Source: Bdellovibrionales bacterium (GTDB lineage: Bacteria > Bdellovibrionota > Bdellovibrionia > Bdellovibrionales > UBA1609). From it: a stretch of DNA of 64,000 nucleotides. Position numbers and translations under genes: made by a program. The stretch is taken from NCBI GenBank assembly GCA_007121385.1, contig SKLV01000017.1:6583-70582 (forward strand), written 5' to 3'. Shown piece by piece: positions 40,772-49,120 of the stretch (position 1 is its first letter; the number at the start of each line of letters is the position of its first letter). The notes under the pieces are model-generated. The model was not told the DNA's origin and ran no database searches. It saw only the letters and a program-made list of their open reading frames with translations.

Positions 40772-41751
40772 AAGCTTATAAATATCTGATTTGGACCACT
40801 TTGGCTCTTATCGCCCTGGGTGGGGGAGTGAGAGCCATGGATGCAGGTTTGGCCTGCCCAGACTGGCCCCTTTGTTTTGGAGCCATTATCCCTGACTATC
40901 ACCCGCAGGTTTATGCTGAGTTTTTACACCGAGCTTTGGCCGGCTTAGTGGCCATTGCCACAGTCAGCCTCAACTGGTTTTTGATTCGCAGTCCAAAGGT
41001 GTCGAAGGGTCTTAAGGCCCTATGCTGGTTTTCCCTGGTTTTGCTTATGGCTCAGGTGGTGATGGGGGGCTTAACTGTTCTTCTCCAATTGCAGGCTAAA
41101 ATTGTGACCACTCACCTGGCTTTGGGCACAGGATTTTTAGCCACTCTCCTCTGGATCTATTTTTCGGTGCGTCCACAGGGAAGTACCCAGGAAAGGCAGA
41201 CTTTTGCTCCCAGCCAGGGGCTCAAGATTATGAGCCTTGTGGCTCTGGCTGCGGTCTATGGGCAAATTTTGCTGGGAGGCTTGGTGGCCTCCAACTATGC
41301 CGCCCACGTCTGCCCCTCTTTTCCTCTCTGTCATGGGCAGTGGGTTCCTACCCTTCAGGGAGCCATTGGGCTTCAGGTGATCCACCGACTGGGAGCCTAC
41401 ACTCTGACACTGATCATACTGGCTTTGTTAGTTTGGGTATGGCGGGAGTTGAGAGACAAAGAGGACCCTTTGAGTCGAGAGTTTAAAGCCTGGTCGCGCT
41501 GGCTCTTGGTGGCTCTTCTGGTGCAAATGGGTATTGGCATAGCCAATGTCCTGCTGTTTACACCGCCCCTGATCACCGTTCTACATCTGACTTTTGGAGC
41601 GGTCTTGTTGGGTTTGGCTTTGAGAATGGTCTATATGTCCTGGGTTACCGCTCAGCGGGAGTGTCTGGCTGCTGTCCGGGTGCCGCCTTCTGAAAAGCCT
41701 CAATTTGCAGACAGCTTTCCTCAATCTTCGCCAGCAAAGGGTAGTCTCTAG
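40750..41751 (+). CDS. ctaA: Haem A synthase (COX15/CtaA)
   Basis: 8 TM with two Cys pairs (ACPDWPLCFG; VCPSFPLCHG) and conserved His. ATG 40750 preferred. Its 3' end overlaps convergent maiA. Confidence 0.8.
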   Translation: MVDARFLKAYKYLIWTTLALIALGGGVRAMDAGLACPDWPLCFGAIIPDYHPQVYAEFLHRALAGLVAIATVSLNWFLIRSPKVSKGLKALCWFSLVLLMAQVVMGGLTVLLQLQAKIVTTHLALGTGFLATLLWIYFSVRPQGSTQERQTFAPSQGLKIMSLVALAAVYGQILLGGLVASNYAAHVCPSFPLCHGQWVPTLQGAIGLQVIHRLGAYTLTLIILALLVWVWRELRDKEDPLSREFKAWSRWLLVALLVQMGIGIANVLLFTPPLITVLHLTFGAVLLGLALRMVYMSWVTAQRECLAAVRVPPSEKPQFADSFPQSSPAKGSL

Positions 41752-42316
41752 GCTCAACAGAGAAGCGCCGAGCGTTGTAGAGCTGGGGGATTAGGTAGAG
41801 GTCAGCAGCCGTGACTTCATCTCCAAAGCAGTAAATACCCGCCATGGGCCTTAGGAAAACTTCCAGAGATCTTAATCCTCTCTGGATCCAGTGACGGGAC
41901 CAACTCTGTTTTTGCTCCTCAGAGGCCCCAAAATCTTGAGCTAACTTTTGCATCACGCCCAGGTTTTGCAAAGGCTGTATTCCACTGTTCACCATTTCAC
42001 AGGCTTGAACTACCTGGGCTCTCTTGGATGCCGCATGAGGGAACAGCGGGGGCTCAGGAGCCAGGCTATCCAGGTAATTTAAAATGGCCATGGACTGCGA
42101 CAGGACAAGGGGGCCATGCCTTAGGCAGGGGACCTCGCCTAAAGGGTTCAGGTCGCGAAAGCTTTTCTGGTGTTGTTGGCCTCCCTCCTTAAGCAAATGG
42201 ACGGGGATGTAGTGATACTCCAAAGCTTTGAGGTGAAGGGCAATGCGCACGCGATAGGAGGAAGAGCTGCGAAAATAACTGTAGAGCTCAATGTCCGGGG
42301 AGGGCTTCATCATCAT
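41645..42316 (-). CDS. maiA: Maleylacetoacetate/maleylpyruvate isomerase (GST zeta class)
   Basis: LYSYFRSSSSYRVRIALHLK signature and a GST C-domain. ATG 42316 preferred over 42352. Confidence 0.8.
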   Translation of the reverse strand: MMMKPSPDIELYSYFRSSSSYRVRIALHLKALEYHYIPVHLLKEGGQQHQKSFRDLNPLGEVPCLRHGPLVLSQSMAILNYLDSLAPEPPLFPHAASKRAQVVQACEMVNSGIQPLQNLGVMQKLAQDFGASEEQKQSWSRHWIQRGLRSLEVFLRPMAGIYCFGDEVTAADLYLIPQLYNARRFSVEPRDYPLLAKIEESCLQIEAFQKAAPGQQPDTPAER

Positions 42317-42442
42317 GGCCTCATTGTGCGCCCTTCCCTGTTGGAGGTACATAGTTGACGCTAAAAGTCTAAGTCCTTGCCAAGGGATGGGGGAAGGGGG
42401 GATAAAGTGCTTTCTGAAATTTCAAGCTAAGGAGAAAAGTCC

Positions 42443-43435
42443 ATGAAATTAGCCAGTTTAAAGAGTCCGGAGAGCCGGGATGGACGCTTGATTGTGGTTT
42501 CCCGCGACAATCAAAGAGGGGTTTTGGCGGAGTCCATAGTGCCCTCTTTGCGGGAGGCGATGGAGAAGTGGGATCAGGTTCGCCCCCAGCTCGAGGAGCT
42601 CTTTTTACAGCTCAATGAGGGCCGAGCTCAAGACAGCTTTTTGGTGGATGTCAAAGACTTGCACTCTCCCCTGCCAAGGGCTTTTCAGTGGGTGGATGGG
42701 TCGGCCTTTATCCATCATGTGAAGTTGGTGAGAATGGCTCGCAATGCTCCTTTGCCGGACTTTTTAGAGACTGTGCCTCTGCTCTACCAAGGGGGCAGTG
42801 ATGACTTCTTGACTCCCACCCAAGACATTCCCCAGGTCGACTTTTCCCATGGAACAGACTTTGAAGGAGAGGTGGCGGTGGTCACCGGCGATGTTCCCAT
42901 GGGCGTTTCACCAGAAGAGGCTCTCAATTATATTCAACTGTTTTTAATTGTGAATGATGTGAGTTTACGGGGATTGATTCCAGAAGAACTGGCCATGGGC
43001 TTTGGCTTTTTTCAGAGTAAGCCATCCTCCTCCTTTGGACCCTTTGCGGTGACGGCGGAGGAGCTGGGGTCCGCTTGGCGAGAAGGGCGCATCCATCTGC
43101 CTCTGGAAGTCACCTATAATGGAGAGTTTTTTGGCAATGCCGATGCAGGAGAGATGCACTTTCATTTTGGTCAGCTAATTGCCCACGCCGCCCGTACCAG
43201 GCGCCTAAGAGCAGGGAGTATTATTGGGAGTGGCACTGTTTCCAATGAGGACCCGGCTCGAGGCAGCAGCTGTTTGGCCGAAAAGCGTATGCTGGAAAAA
43301 ATTAACGAGGGCAGTATTCGCACCCCCTTTATGAAAGAGGGAGATCGAATATGTGTTGAAATGAAGAACTCTGAGGGGCACAGCCTCTTTGGAAGGATTG
43401 ACCAAAAGGTTGTCAAATGGAGCCCGGGGCAATAA
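42443..43435 (+). CDS. Fumarylacetoacetate-hydrolase-family hydrolase (fumarylacetoacetate or fumarylpyruvate)
   Basis: 330 aa with a C-terminal FAH fold (GEMHFHFGQLIAHAARTRRLRAGSIIGSGTVSN). Divergent from maiA. Confidence 0.8.
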   Translation: MKLASLKSPESRDGRLIVVSRDNQRGVLAESIVPSLREAMEKWDQVRPQLEELFLQLNEGRAQDSFLVDVKDLHSPLPRAFQWVDGSAFIHHVKLVRMARNAPLPDFLETVPLLYQGGSDDFLTPTQDIPQVDFSHGTDFEGEVAVVTGDVPMGVSPEEALNYIQLFLIVNDVSLRGLIPEELAMGFGFFQSKPSSSFGPFAVTAEELGSAWREGRIHLPLEVTYNGEFFGNADAGEMHFHFGQLIAHAARTRRLRAGSIIGSGTVSNEDPARGSSCLAEKRMLEKINEGSIRTPFMKEGDRICVEMKNSEGHSLFGRIDQKVVKWSPGQ

Positions 43436-43475
43436 GATAAAGACTTCTTGTTAATGGATGAGCAAGGAGTGAAAT

Positions 43476-44717
43476 ATGCGACCAGGGATTGGCGGCGGCT
43501 CCGCAGTCAGGGCGGCCAAGTTTTATTTAATCATTTTCCTCACTGTTTTAGGTTGGGGAACCAGTGTCCAGGCTGAAGAGATCTGCATGGACATGGCCCA
43601 GAGCGGGGGAGCCTTTCATCGCACCCCCACGGAGAGAGTACCCTTAGACGAATATCCTCTATTTGTGGATGACCTCGACTTCGCGGAAATGGCCATAGCC
43701 ATTCAGAGACAGGTGCATCGTTACACCCGTCGCTCTTTGCGGGGTCGAATTCAGCTGGGTCAGGATGTTTACCCCCTCCGTCGGCTTAAGGACTCTCTGC
43801 TCTACTTTTCTCGTCTCGTGCAGGAGGGTCAGGCCTGTCTGGACTCAGCTCGGAAGACCAGGGAGGAGTGCTATGCGAGATTTCGCAGGCAGGTGAAGCA
43901 AAACTTTGCTGTCTACAGACCTCTTCTTGAGCCGGGAGATCCCCGCTATGGAGAAGATCAACAGACCTTTTTCACTGGCTATTACACTCCTCTGATTGAG
44001 GTCAAGATGTCTCCCCAAGGCAAGTTTCAGTACCCCATCTATGCCATGCCTCAAGAGGAAAATCTGGCCCGATTGACCCGAGTGGAGATTGACTTTGATC
44101 ATCAGCTTAGAGGGCATGGTTACGAATTGTTTTATGCCGCTGACCTTTTTCAACTCTATCTGCTCCATGTTCAGGGAGGAGGGCGAGTGGTGGTCCGCGA
44201 AGGCGGAGAGAGCCAATATCACTACATCACTTACGCCGGAACCAACCGTAGGGCCTGGCGATTTATTTCCATCTACATGAGAGACCAAGGATATATTTCC
44301 GATCTGTCTGTGGAGTCGCAAAAGCAATTCTTAAGAGACAATCCCCATCTTCAGAGAGAGATCTATGAGTATTGCCCCAGTTATGTCTTTTTCAAAGTTA
44401 CAGAGACCCCTCCACTGGGCAGTGATTTGGTTCCTCTCACCGACAATCGCTCCATTGCCACAGACTCACGGATTTATCGCTTTAAGGGACTGCTCAGTTT
44501 TATTGAAGCTCAGAGACCCAAAGTTCAAAATATTCCCTTTAAACCCTTTTCCCGCTTTGTCATTGATCAGGACACAGGAGGGGCGATTCGAGGCAAGGCC
44601 CGTGTGGACATTTACTTTGGAGAGGGGGATTATGCTCAACTGGCGGCTTACAACACTCAGCACAGAGGAGACCTTTACTTCTTGATGCTCAAAAGGCCAA
44701 TCTGTGCACGACGATAG
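43476..44717 (+). CDS. mltA: Membrane-bound lytic murein transglycosylase A
   Basis: Signal peptide, MltA domain (FFTGYYTPLIEV) and 3D domain (DTGGAIRGKARVDIYFGEG). Confidence 0.8.
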   Translation: MRPGIGGGSAVRAAKFYLIIFLTVLGWGTSVQAEEICMDMAQSGGAFHRTPTERVPLDEYPLFVDDLDFAEMAIAIQRQVHRYTRRSLRGRIQLGQDVYPLRRLKDSLLYFSRLVQEGQACLDSARKTREECYARFRRQVKQNFAVYRPLLEPGDPRYGEDQQTFFTGYYTPLIEVKMSPQGKFQYPIYAMPQEENLARLTRVEIDFDHQLRGHGYELFYAADLFQLYLLHVQGGGRVVVREGGESQYHYITYAGTNRRAWRFISIYMRDQGYISDLSVESQKQFLRDNPHLQREIYEYCPSYVFFKVTETPPLGSDLVPLTDNRSIATDSRIYRFKGLLSFIEAQRPKVQNIPFKPFSRFVIDQDTGGAIRGKARVDIYFGEGDYAQLAAYNTQHRGDLYFLMLKRPICARR

Positions 44718-44725
44718 GCACCGGC

Positions 44726-45289
44726 ATGATTGAGATTCTTCGTTGGTCAGAGCTCTCCGGTAATGGAGAAGGAGAGCGAGCTTTGGAGCAGCTCACAGAG
44801 ATTTTTTTTGCCACCACTACAAAAAGCACGTTTTCCAACCATGAAGAGAGATCTCAGTTTTTTGATCGCTGGGCTGGGCAATATCTCAAAGAATCTCCAG
44901 AGAGGGTCTATTTAGTGCGAGCCTCGTCGAGTCTGAACTGGCAGGGCTATTTGATCAGCAGTCTGAGACAGGACTTATGTCCTTTCCCTTTGCAGAGCTA
45001 TTTGCGGGACTATCCGGCTCATCTGCATATGAATTGCCACCCCCACTTTCAAGGACAGGGGCTTGGCCGAGCGCTGATCCAAAGGCTCTGCCAGGACCTG
45101 CGGAAGGAGTCGGTGTTGGGGGTTCATGCCATTACCTCTTTGGGCGCTTCCAACGTGGCTTTTTATCGGCGGTTGGGATTTGTAGAATATCAGCAGGCCC
45201 CTTGGGCTCTGATGGGTCTTAGTCTGCAGCCCGAAAAACAACAGATTGGAGTTGTCTTTCCGCCAGAGCCTCCAGAAAGTCCGGCATAA
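44726..45289 (+). CDS. GNAT-family acetyltransferase-like protein
   Basis: Acetyl-CoA-binding-type motif HPHFQGQGLGRALIQRL and YRRLGF. Confidence 0.55.
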   Translation: MIEILRWSELSGNGEGERALEQLTEIFFATTTKSTFSNHEERSQFFDRWAGQYLKESPERVYLVRASSSLNWQGYLISSLRQDLCPFPLQSYLRDYPAHLHMNCHPHFQGQGLGRALIQRLCQDLRKESVLGVHAITSLGASNVAFYRRLGFVEYQQAPWALMGLSLQPEKQQIGVVFPPEPPESPA

Positions 45290-46289
45290 TCGCTGCAGTC
45301 TGTGGGTGAATATCGTGAAAGAGAATGATCCCTCGATCCACTTTGCCCACTTGCTCCAGAGCATAGTCGAAAAGGGCTAGGGGATCTTTGATTTTCCAGT
45401 CCAAGGTGTCCACATTCCAAAAAAAGGTCGCAATATTTTGTTCCCGCAAATAGTCCTGGAGACGAGAAGTTCTCGATCCATAGGGAAAGCGAAAAAAAGG
45501 ATCGCTAAAGCCCACAATCCCACTGATGCTGGCGAATCCATCTTGAATTTCAGCCACCGCCGAGGCAAAGCTCAGGCGCTTGAGGTCAGGGTGACTCTGA
45601 GTGTGTCCCCCAAGACCGTGCTGATGATGGAGGATTTCTCTTAAAACGCGAGGGTGAGCTTGGGCATTTTGTCCCAAAACAAAAAAAGTGGCCAAAGTTT
45701 GATGTTCTTTTAAGGCCTCTAAAATCTGTGGGGTGCGTTGGGGGTGAGGGCCGTCATCAAAAGTTAAGGCAAAGTGCCCATGGGGAAGGCCTCCATTAAA
45801 GTAAACGGGGCCCCCTTGAGTGGAAACCCACTCCTCTTGACTGGGGCCAAAACGGGCTTTTGTCTTAGGCCACCCTGGGATTCGCAGACGCCGCTGCTGC
45901 AAAAGCTCTACCCTTTCCTGAATAAACTGATCGAGTGAGTCCAAGAGGAACTGGTTGCAGCCCAACAGCTGAGCCTCAGGCTCCTCCTCGAGGAGCAGTC
46001 GAAAGACAGCCAGCCTTTCTGGATCCATATTTTCAAAGCCCTGGCACAGAGCTTGGCGTCCTGCTCCCGACCCACTCAGGTGACGAAACTCATCCAGGAG
46101 ATGTTGCGAAAAGCCTTGTTCCCACTCCCTCTGACTGGAAGAGCGCTGGAATTTGAGGAGGCTATCTTGCAGAAAGCGGCGAGCACGCAGATCCTCAGAC
46201 CGCGGGGCAGAGGCCTCGATCTCAGAGCTGAAGAGAGGAGAAAAAAGAATTAAAAAAGAGAGGCTCAGAGAGAAAAGTCTATAAATCAT
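45219..46289 (-). CDS. Secreted polysaccharide (peptidoglycan?) deacetylase, NodB family
   Basis: Signal peptide. NodB motifs FALTFDDGPHP and GGHTQSHPDL. About 150-aa N-terminal extension. 71-nt convergent overlap with the GNAT gene. Confidence 0.8.
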   Translation of the reverse strand: MIYRLFSLSLSFLILFSPLFSSEIEASAPRSEDLRARRFLQDSLLKFQRSSSQREWEQGFSQHLLDEFRHLSGSGAGRQALCQGFENMDPERLAVFRLLLEEEPEAQLLGCNQFLLDSLDQFIQERVELLQQRRLRIPGWPKTKARFGPSQEEWVSTQGGPVYFNGGLPHGHFALTFDDGPHPQRTPQILEALKEHQTLATFFVLGQNAQAHPRVLREILHHQHGLGGHTQSHPDLKRLSFASAVAEIQDGFASISGIVGFSDPFFRFPYGSRTSRLQDYLREQNIATFFWNVDTLDWKIKDPLALFDYALEQVGKVDRGIILFHDIHPQTAAIMPDFLEALAERQLQSVVFRAAD

Positions 46290-46364
46290 AGGGAGAGCAG
46301 ATAAAGTTTATGGCTCAAGTCGTCAATAAGCTCTGGGCTTTGTACAATTTTTCAGGGCTTTTGT

Positions 46365-47009
46365 ATGCTCCAGCCTATGCTTATTTCACAAAACCAAAAC
46401 CAAAAACGTCTGGTGGTTCTGGCTTCGGGAGAGGGGACTCTCTTTGAGGCCATTGCTCAAAAGTGTTTGCAGGGGGCCATATCTGCCGAGGTGGTGTCCC
46501 TGATCACCCACAAAGATGAGGTGGGGGCTGTGTATAAAGCTTATGGACTGGGCTTGCCTGTGGTGGTGGTCAACCCAAAGGATTTTACTCACAGGGAAGA
46601 CTGGGATCGTCAGCTCTATCATATATTGGAAACGCTGGCTCCGGACCTCGTGGTGTTGGCCGGTTTTACTCAGAAACTGGGGCTTATGGTGGTTCGGCAG
46701 TTCTATGGTCGCATTATCAACTCTCACCCCAGCCTGCTGCCCCAGTATGGGGGACAAGGGATGTATGGTCGCCGGGTTCATGAGGCGGTTTTGCAAGGCG
46801 GTGAAAAAGTGACCGGAGTCACTGTCCATTGGGTGACTCCCAATTACGATGAAGGTCCCGCCCTCGCCCAGGTTGAAGTGGCAGTTGAGGCCAACGACAG
46901 TGTGGACTCTTTAATGGAAAGGGTTAAGACTGTGGAAAGAGAGTTTTACCCTCAGGTGATTCAGCTCTTCTTTGAGGGACAAATCTCTCCGTTGGTGGAG
47001 GCGGAGTGA
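46365..47009 (+). CDS. purN: Phosphoribosylglycinamide formyltransferase
   Basis: VVLASGEGT, INSHPSLLPQYGG and VTVHWVTPNYDEGP blocks. Confidence 0.9.
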   Translation: MLQPMLISQNQNQKRLVVLASGEGTLFEAIAQKCLQGAISAEVVSLITHKDEVGAVYKAYGLGLPVVVVNPKDFTHREDWDRQLYHILETLAPDLVVLAGFTQKLGLMVVRQFYGRIINSHPSLLPQYGGQGMYGRRVHEAVLQGGEKVTGVTVHWVTPNYDEGPALAQVEVAVEANDSVDSLMERVKTVEREFYPQVIQLFFEGQISPLVEAE

Positions 47010-48142
47010 TCTTCCCTCAGGCTTTGGTTTTGAAATTATTCGTTTCGATAGTTTTTTCTATTGCACTTCTCAGTATGTTCTCTTGCGCTCACAAGCCTTT
47101 GGGGACAGGGGCAAAGGACAACTGTTCTCCAGTTCTCCGAGCAGCGGTTGATGTGGGTTCGGGTTCTACCAAACTGCTCATCGCTCAGGTGGATCCTTGC
47201 ACTCAGCGCATTGTGGAGATCCTCTTAGAGGATCAGAGAAAGCTGCCTTACCGCGAAGAGCTGGAAGCCTGTTCTTCTGGCGAGGGTCTCTGTTTGACGG
47301 GAAGAGTTCAGGAGCGGGGTTGGACTCTGATGTCTGAATGGGCCCAGGTTTTCGCTGAGCAAGGAGTGGAGGAGGTCAGAGGTGTGGCCACCGAGGCTTT
47401 GCGACAGGCTCGTAATGGGGAGGAGTTTATCACCCGACTCAACAGGGAATTCCCACTGCAGCTTAAGCTGATTGATCAGGAGCAGGAGGCCCTGTTGGGT
47501 TTTCAGGCTGCTGTTTTGGGGAGACAGGTTCGGATGGACAGAGGGGTGAGTGATCTAAAAAAACGAGTAGTTTGGGATATTGGGGGTGGCTCTCAACAGA
47601 TGTCCCGTTGGGAGGGAGGGGGCAAGTGGAATGTTCTCAAGAGTGATTTGGGCTCCGTGGCCTTTAAAAATCATGTGATCCAAAGCATTCAGGGTCGCAA
47701 TGAGAATCGGTCCCCCAACCCCCTGTCAAAAAATGAGGTGGAGAAAGGGATTCAATATGCCCGACACAGAGCTAGAGATCTCGCATCCCCTCAATGGCGG
47801 CGATTTTTGGCTCGAAGTTCGACGGAGGTCTTAGGCGTTGGGGGAGTGCATCGGTTCAGCCTGCCCGGACAGCTCCGTCAGCACCCGGAGCTGAATTTTT
47901 CTGGGGATCTCTATACGGCTAAGCAGTTGGCTCAAGCCATTGAACTCAGACATGGGCTTAGGGATGAGCAGATTGGGGGAGAGTATTTTGAAACTGAAAT
48001 CACCAACCTCATTCTAGTTTATGCGTGGATGACTGAAATGGGGATTCGTCGGGTTGTCCCTGTCCCCGCAGATCTCAACTTGGCTCTCCTCAGCCTCTCT
48101 CCTAAGGATTGGCTAAAAATTCGTCATATTTCCCAAGACTAA
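47006..48142 (+). CDS. Ppx/GppA-family (ASKHA) phosphatase-like protein, possibly exported
   Basis: AAVDVGSGSTK, ATEALRQARN, IDQEQEALLGF and WDIGGGS blocks. From GTG 47006 (GTGA overlap with purN) the N-terminus is signal-like (LFVSIVFSIALLSMFSC). ATG 47075 would remove it. Confidence 0.7.
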   Translation: MIFPQALVLKLFVSIVFSIALLSMFSCAHKPLGTGAKDNCSPVLRAAVDVGSGSTKLLIAQVDPCTQRIVEILLEDQRKLPYREELEACSSGEGLCLTGRVQERGWTLMSEWAQVFAEQGVEEVRGVATEALRQARNGEEFITRLNREFPLQLKLIDQEQEALLGFQAAVLGRQVRMDRGVSDLKKRVVWDIGGGSQQMSRWEGGGKWNVLKSDLGSVAFKNHVIQSIQGRNENRSPNPLSKNEVEKGIQYARHRARDLASPQWRRFLARSSTEVLGVGGVHRFSLPGQLRQHPELNFSGDLYTAKQLAQAIELRHGLRDEQIGGEYFETEITNLILVYAWMTEMGIRRVVPVPADLNLALLSLSPKDWLKIRHISQD

Positions 48143-48198
48143 AGTCCACGGGACTTTTGTCCGTTGAGTTCCCCAGAGACCAATGTGGGGAGGTCAAT

Positions 48199-49086
48199 AT
48201 GTTTAGGGTTAAAGGGTCCCTGGTGGGGCTGATCAGCTTTGCCACTTTTTTGGCGGGCTGTGGAGAACCTCAGCAAGAGTTTGAAAAAGTCATCGTGGAC
48301 CAGGGCTATATTGCCTACAAGGCTCCCCTGGCCGAGGCCGGCGTGGGCTCTATTGTCAAAGGCGAGCCCGCCAGTATGCGCTTGGCGGCTCGGCCGCAGC
48401 GCTGTTTTCCCGACTTTGTTGGTCCCCACCCTACGGGCTTAAGGTGGCAGCAGGCCACGGCTTTGCCCAATCGCTACCGGCGGGTCACTGCCGGGCTCAA
48501 TATGGATCTCTCTCCCTTAACCCGCTTTGCCAATCCTGTATTAGCTCTGTTTAACTTTAACCGCGTTCGTCAGGTGGAGATCACCTTTGAAAAGGCCTCG
48601 GTGGAGTCTCTTGACGAGATCGCCTTTGAGGTCTTTTATTCGGGGCTAGGGGAGTTGTGTCGCGAGTATTTGCAGTCCTTTCCCTTTATCGTTCAGGCTC
48701 TCAAGGTGGATAAAATGAACTTTGTCTTTAGGGACAATGTGGGCGTGGCTGTGGAGCTCACTCCCGGGCTTTTGGGGCAGTTGGTGTCTATTGAGGCGGG
48801 GGCTCAGTGGCGAGTGGAGCGCGGTATGACACTGGTGGTGGAAACGCCCAAATACATTGGTTTTCAAGTGGCTCAACTCCATGAGAACTCCGGTCGACTG
48901 CGCTACTATGCTAATAAACTGGATCGTCGCGGCCACTATGTCTTTGAAGATGTGACCCGCTATCATCAGCGGCTAAGACCTCAGTCCCTCTTGGCCAACG
49001 GACAGGAGGGTCGCCTTCCGGCCGACTCCTTTGCCACTCATCTTGGTTGGGGAGCGCCAGGTAGCGGCGAGGAGCCATTGTTCTAA
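48199..49086 (+). CDS. Lipoprotein with bacterial-gasdermin-like sequence pattern (tentative)
   Basis: Textbook SPII signal MFRVKGSLVGLISFATFLAG|C. Beta-rich blocks DQGYIAYKAP, VEITFEKASVESLDEIAFEVF, FIVQALKVDKMNFVFRDN, VELTPGLLGQLVSIEAGAQWRVERGMTLVVE and YIGFQVAQL. The resemblance to bGSDM is from memory only. That it is a real CDS is far more certain than the family call. Confidence 0.4.
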   Translation: MFRVKGSLVGLISFATFLAGCGEPQQEFEKVIVDQGYIAYKAPLAEAGVGSIVKGEPASMRLAARPQRCFPDFVGPHPTGLRWQQATALPNRYRRVTAGLNMDLSPLTRFANPVLALFNFNRVRQVEITFEKASVESLDEIAFEVFYSGLGELCREYLQSFPFIVQALKVDKMNFVFRDNVGVAVELTPGLLGQLVSIEAGAQWRVERGMTLVVETPKYIGFQVAQLHENSGRLRYYANKLDRRGHYVFEDVTRYHQRLRPQSLLANGQEGRLPADSFATHLGWGAPGSGEEPLF

Positions 49087-49120
49087 CTTCCAGGTCCAAG
49101 ATATGCTATGTCTCTGAAGC

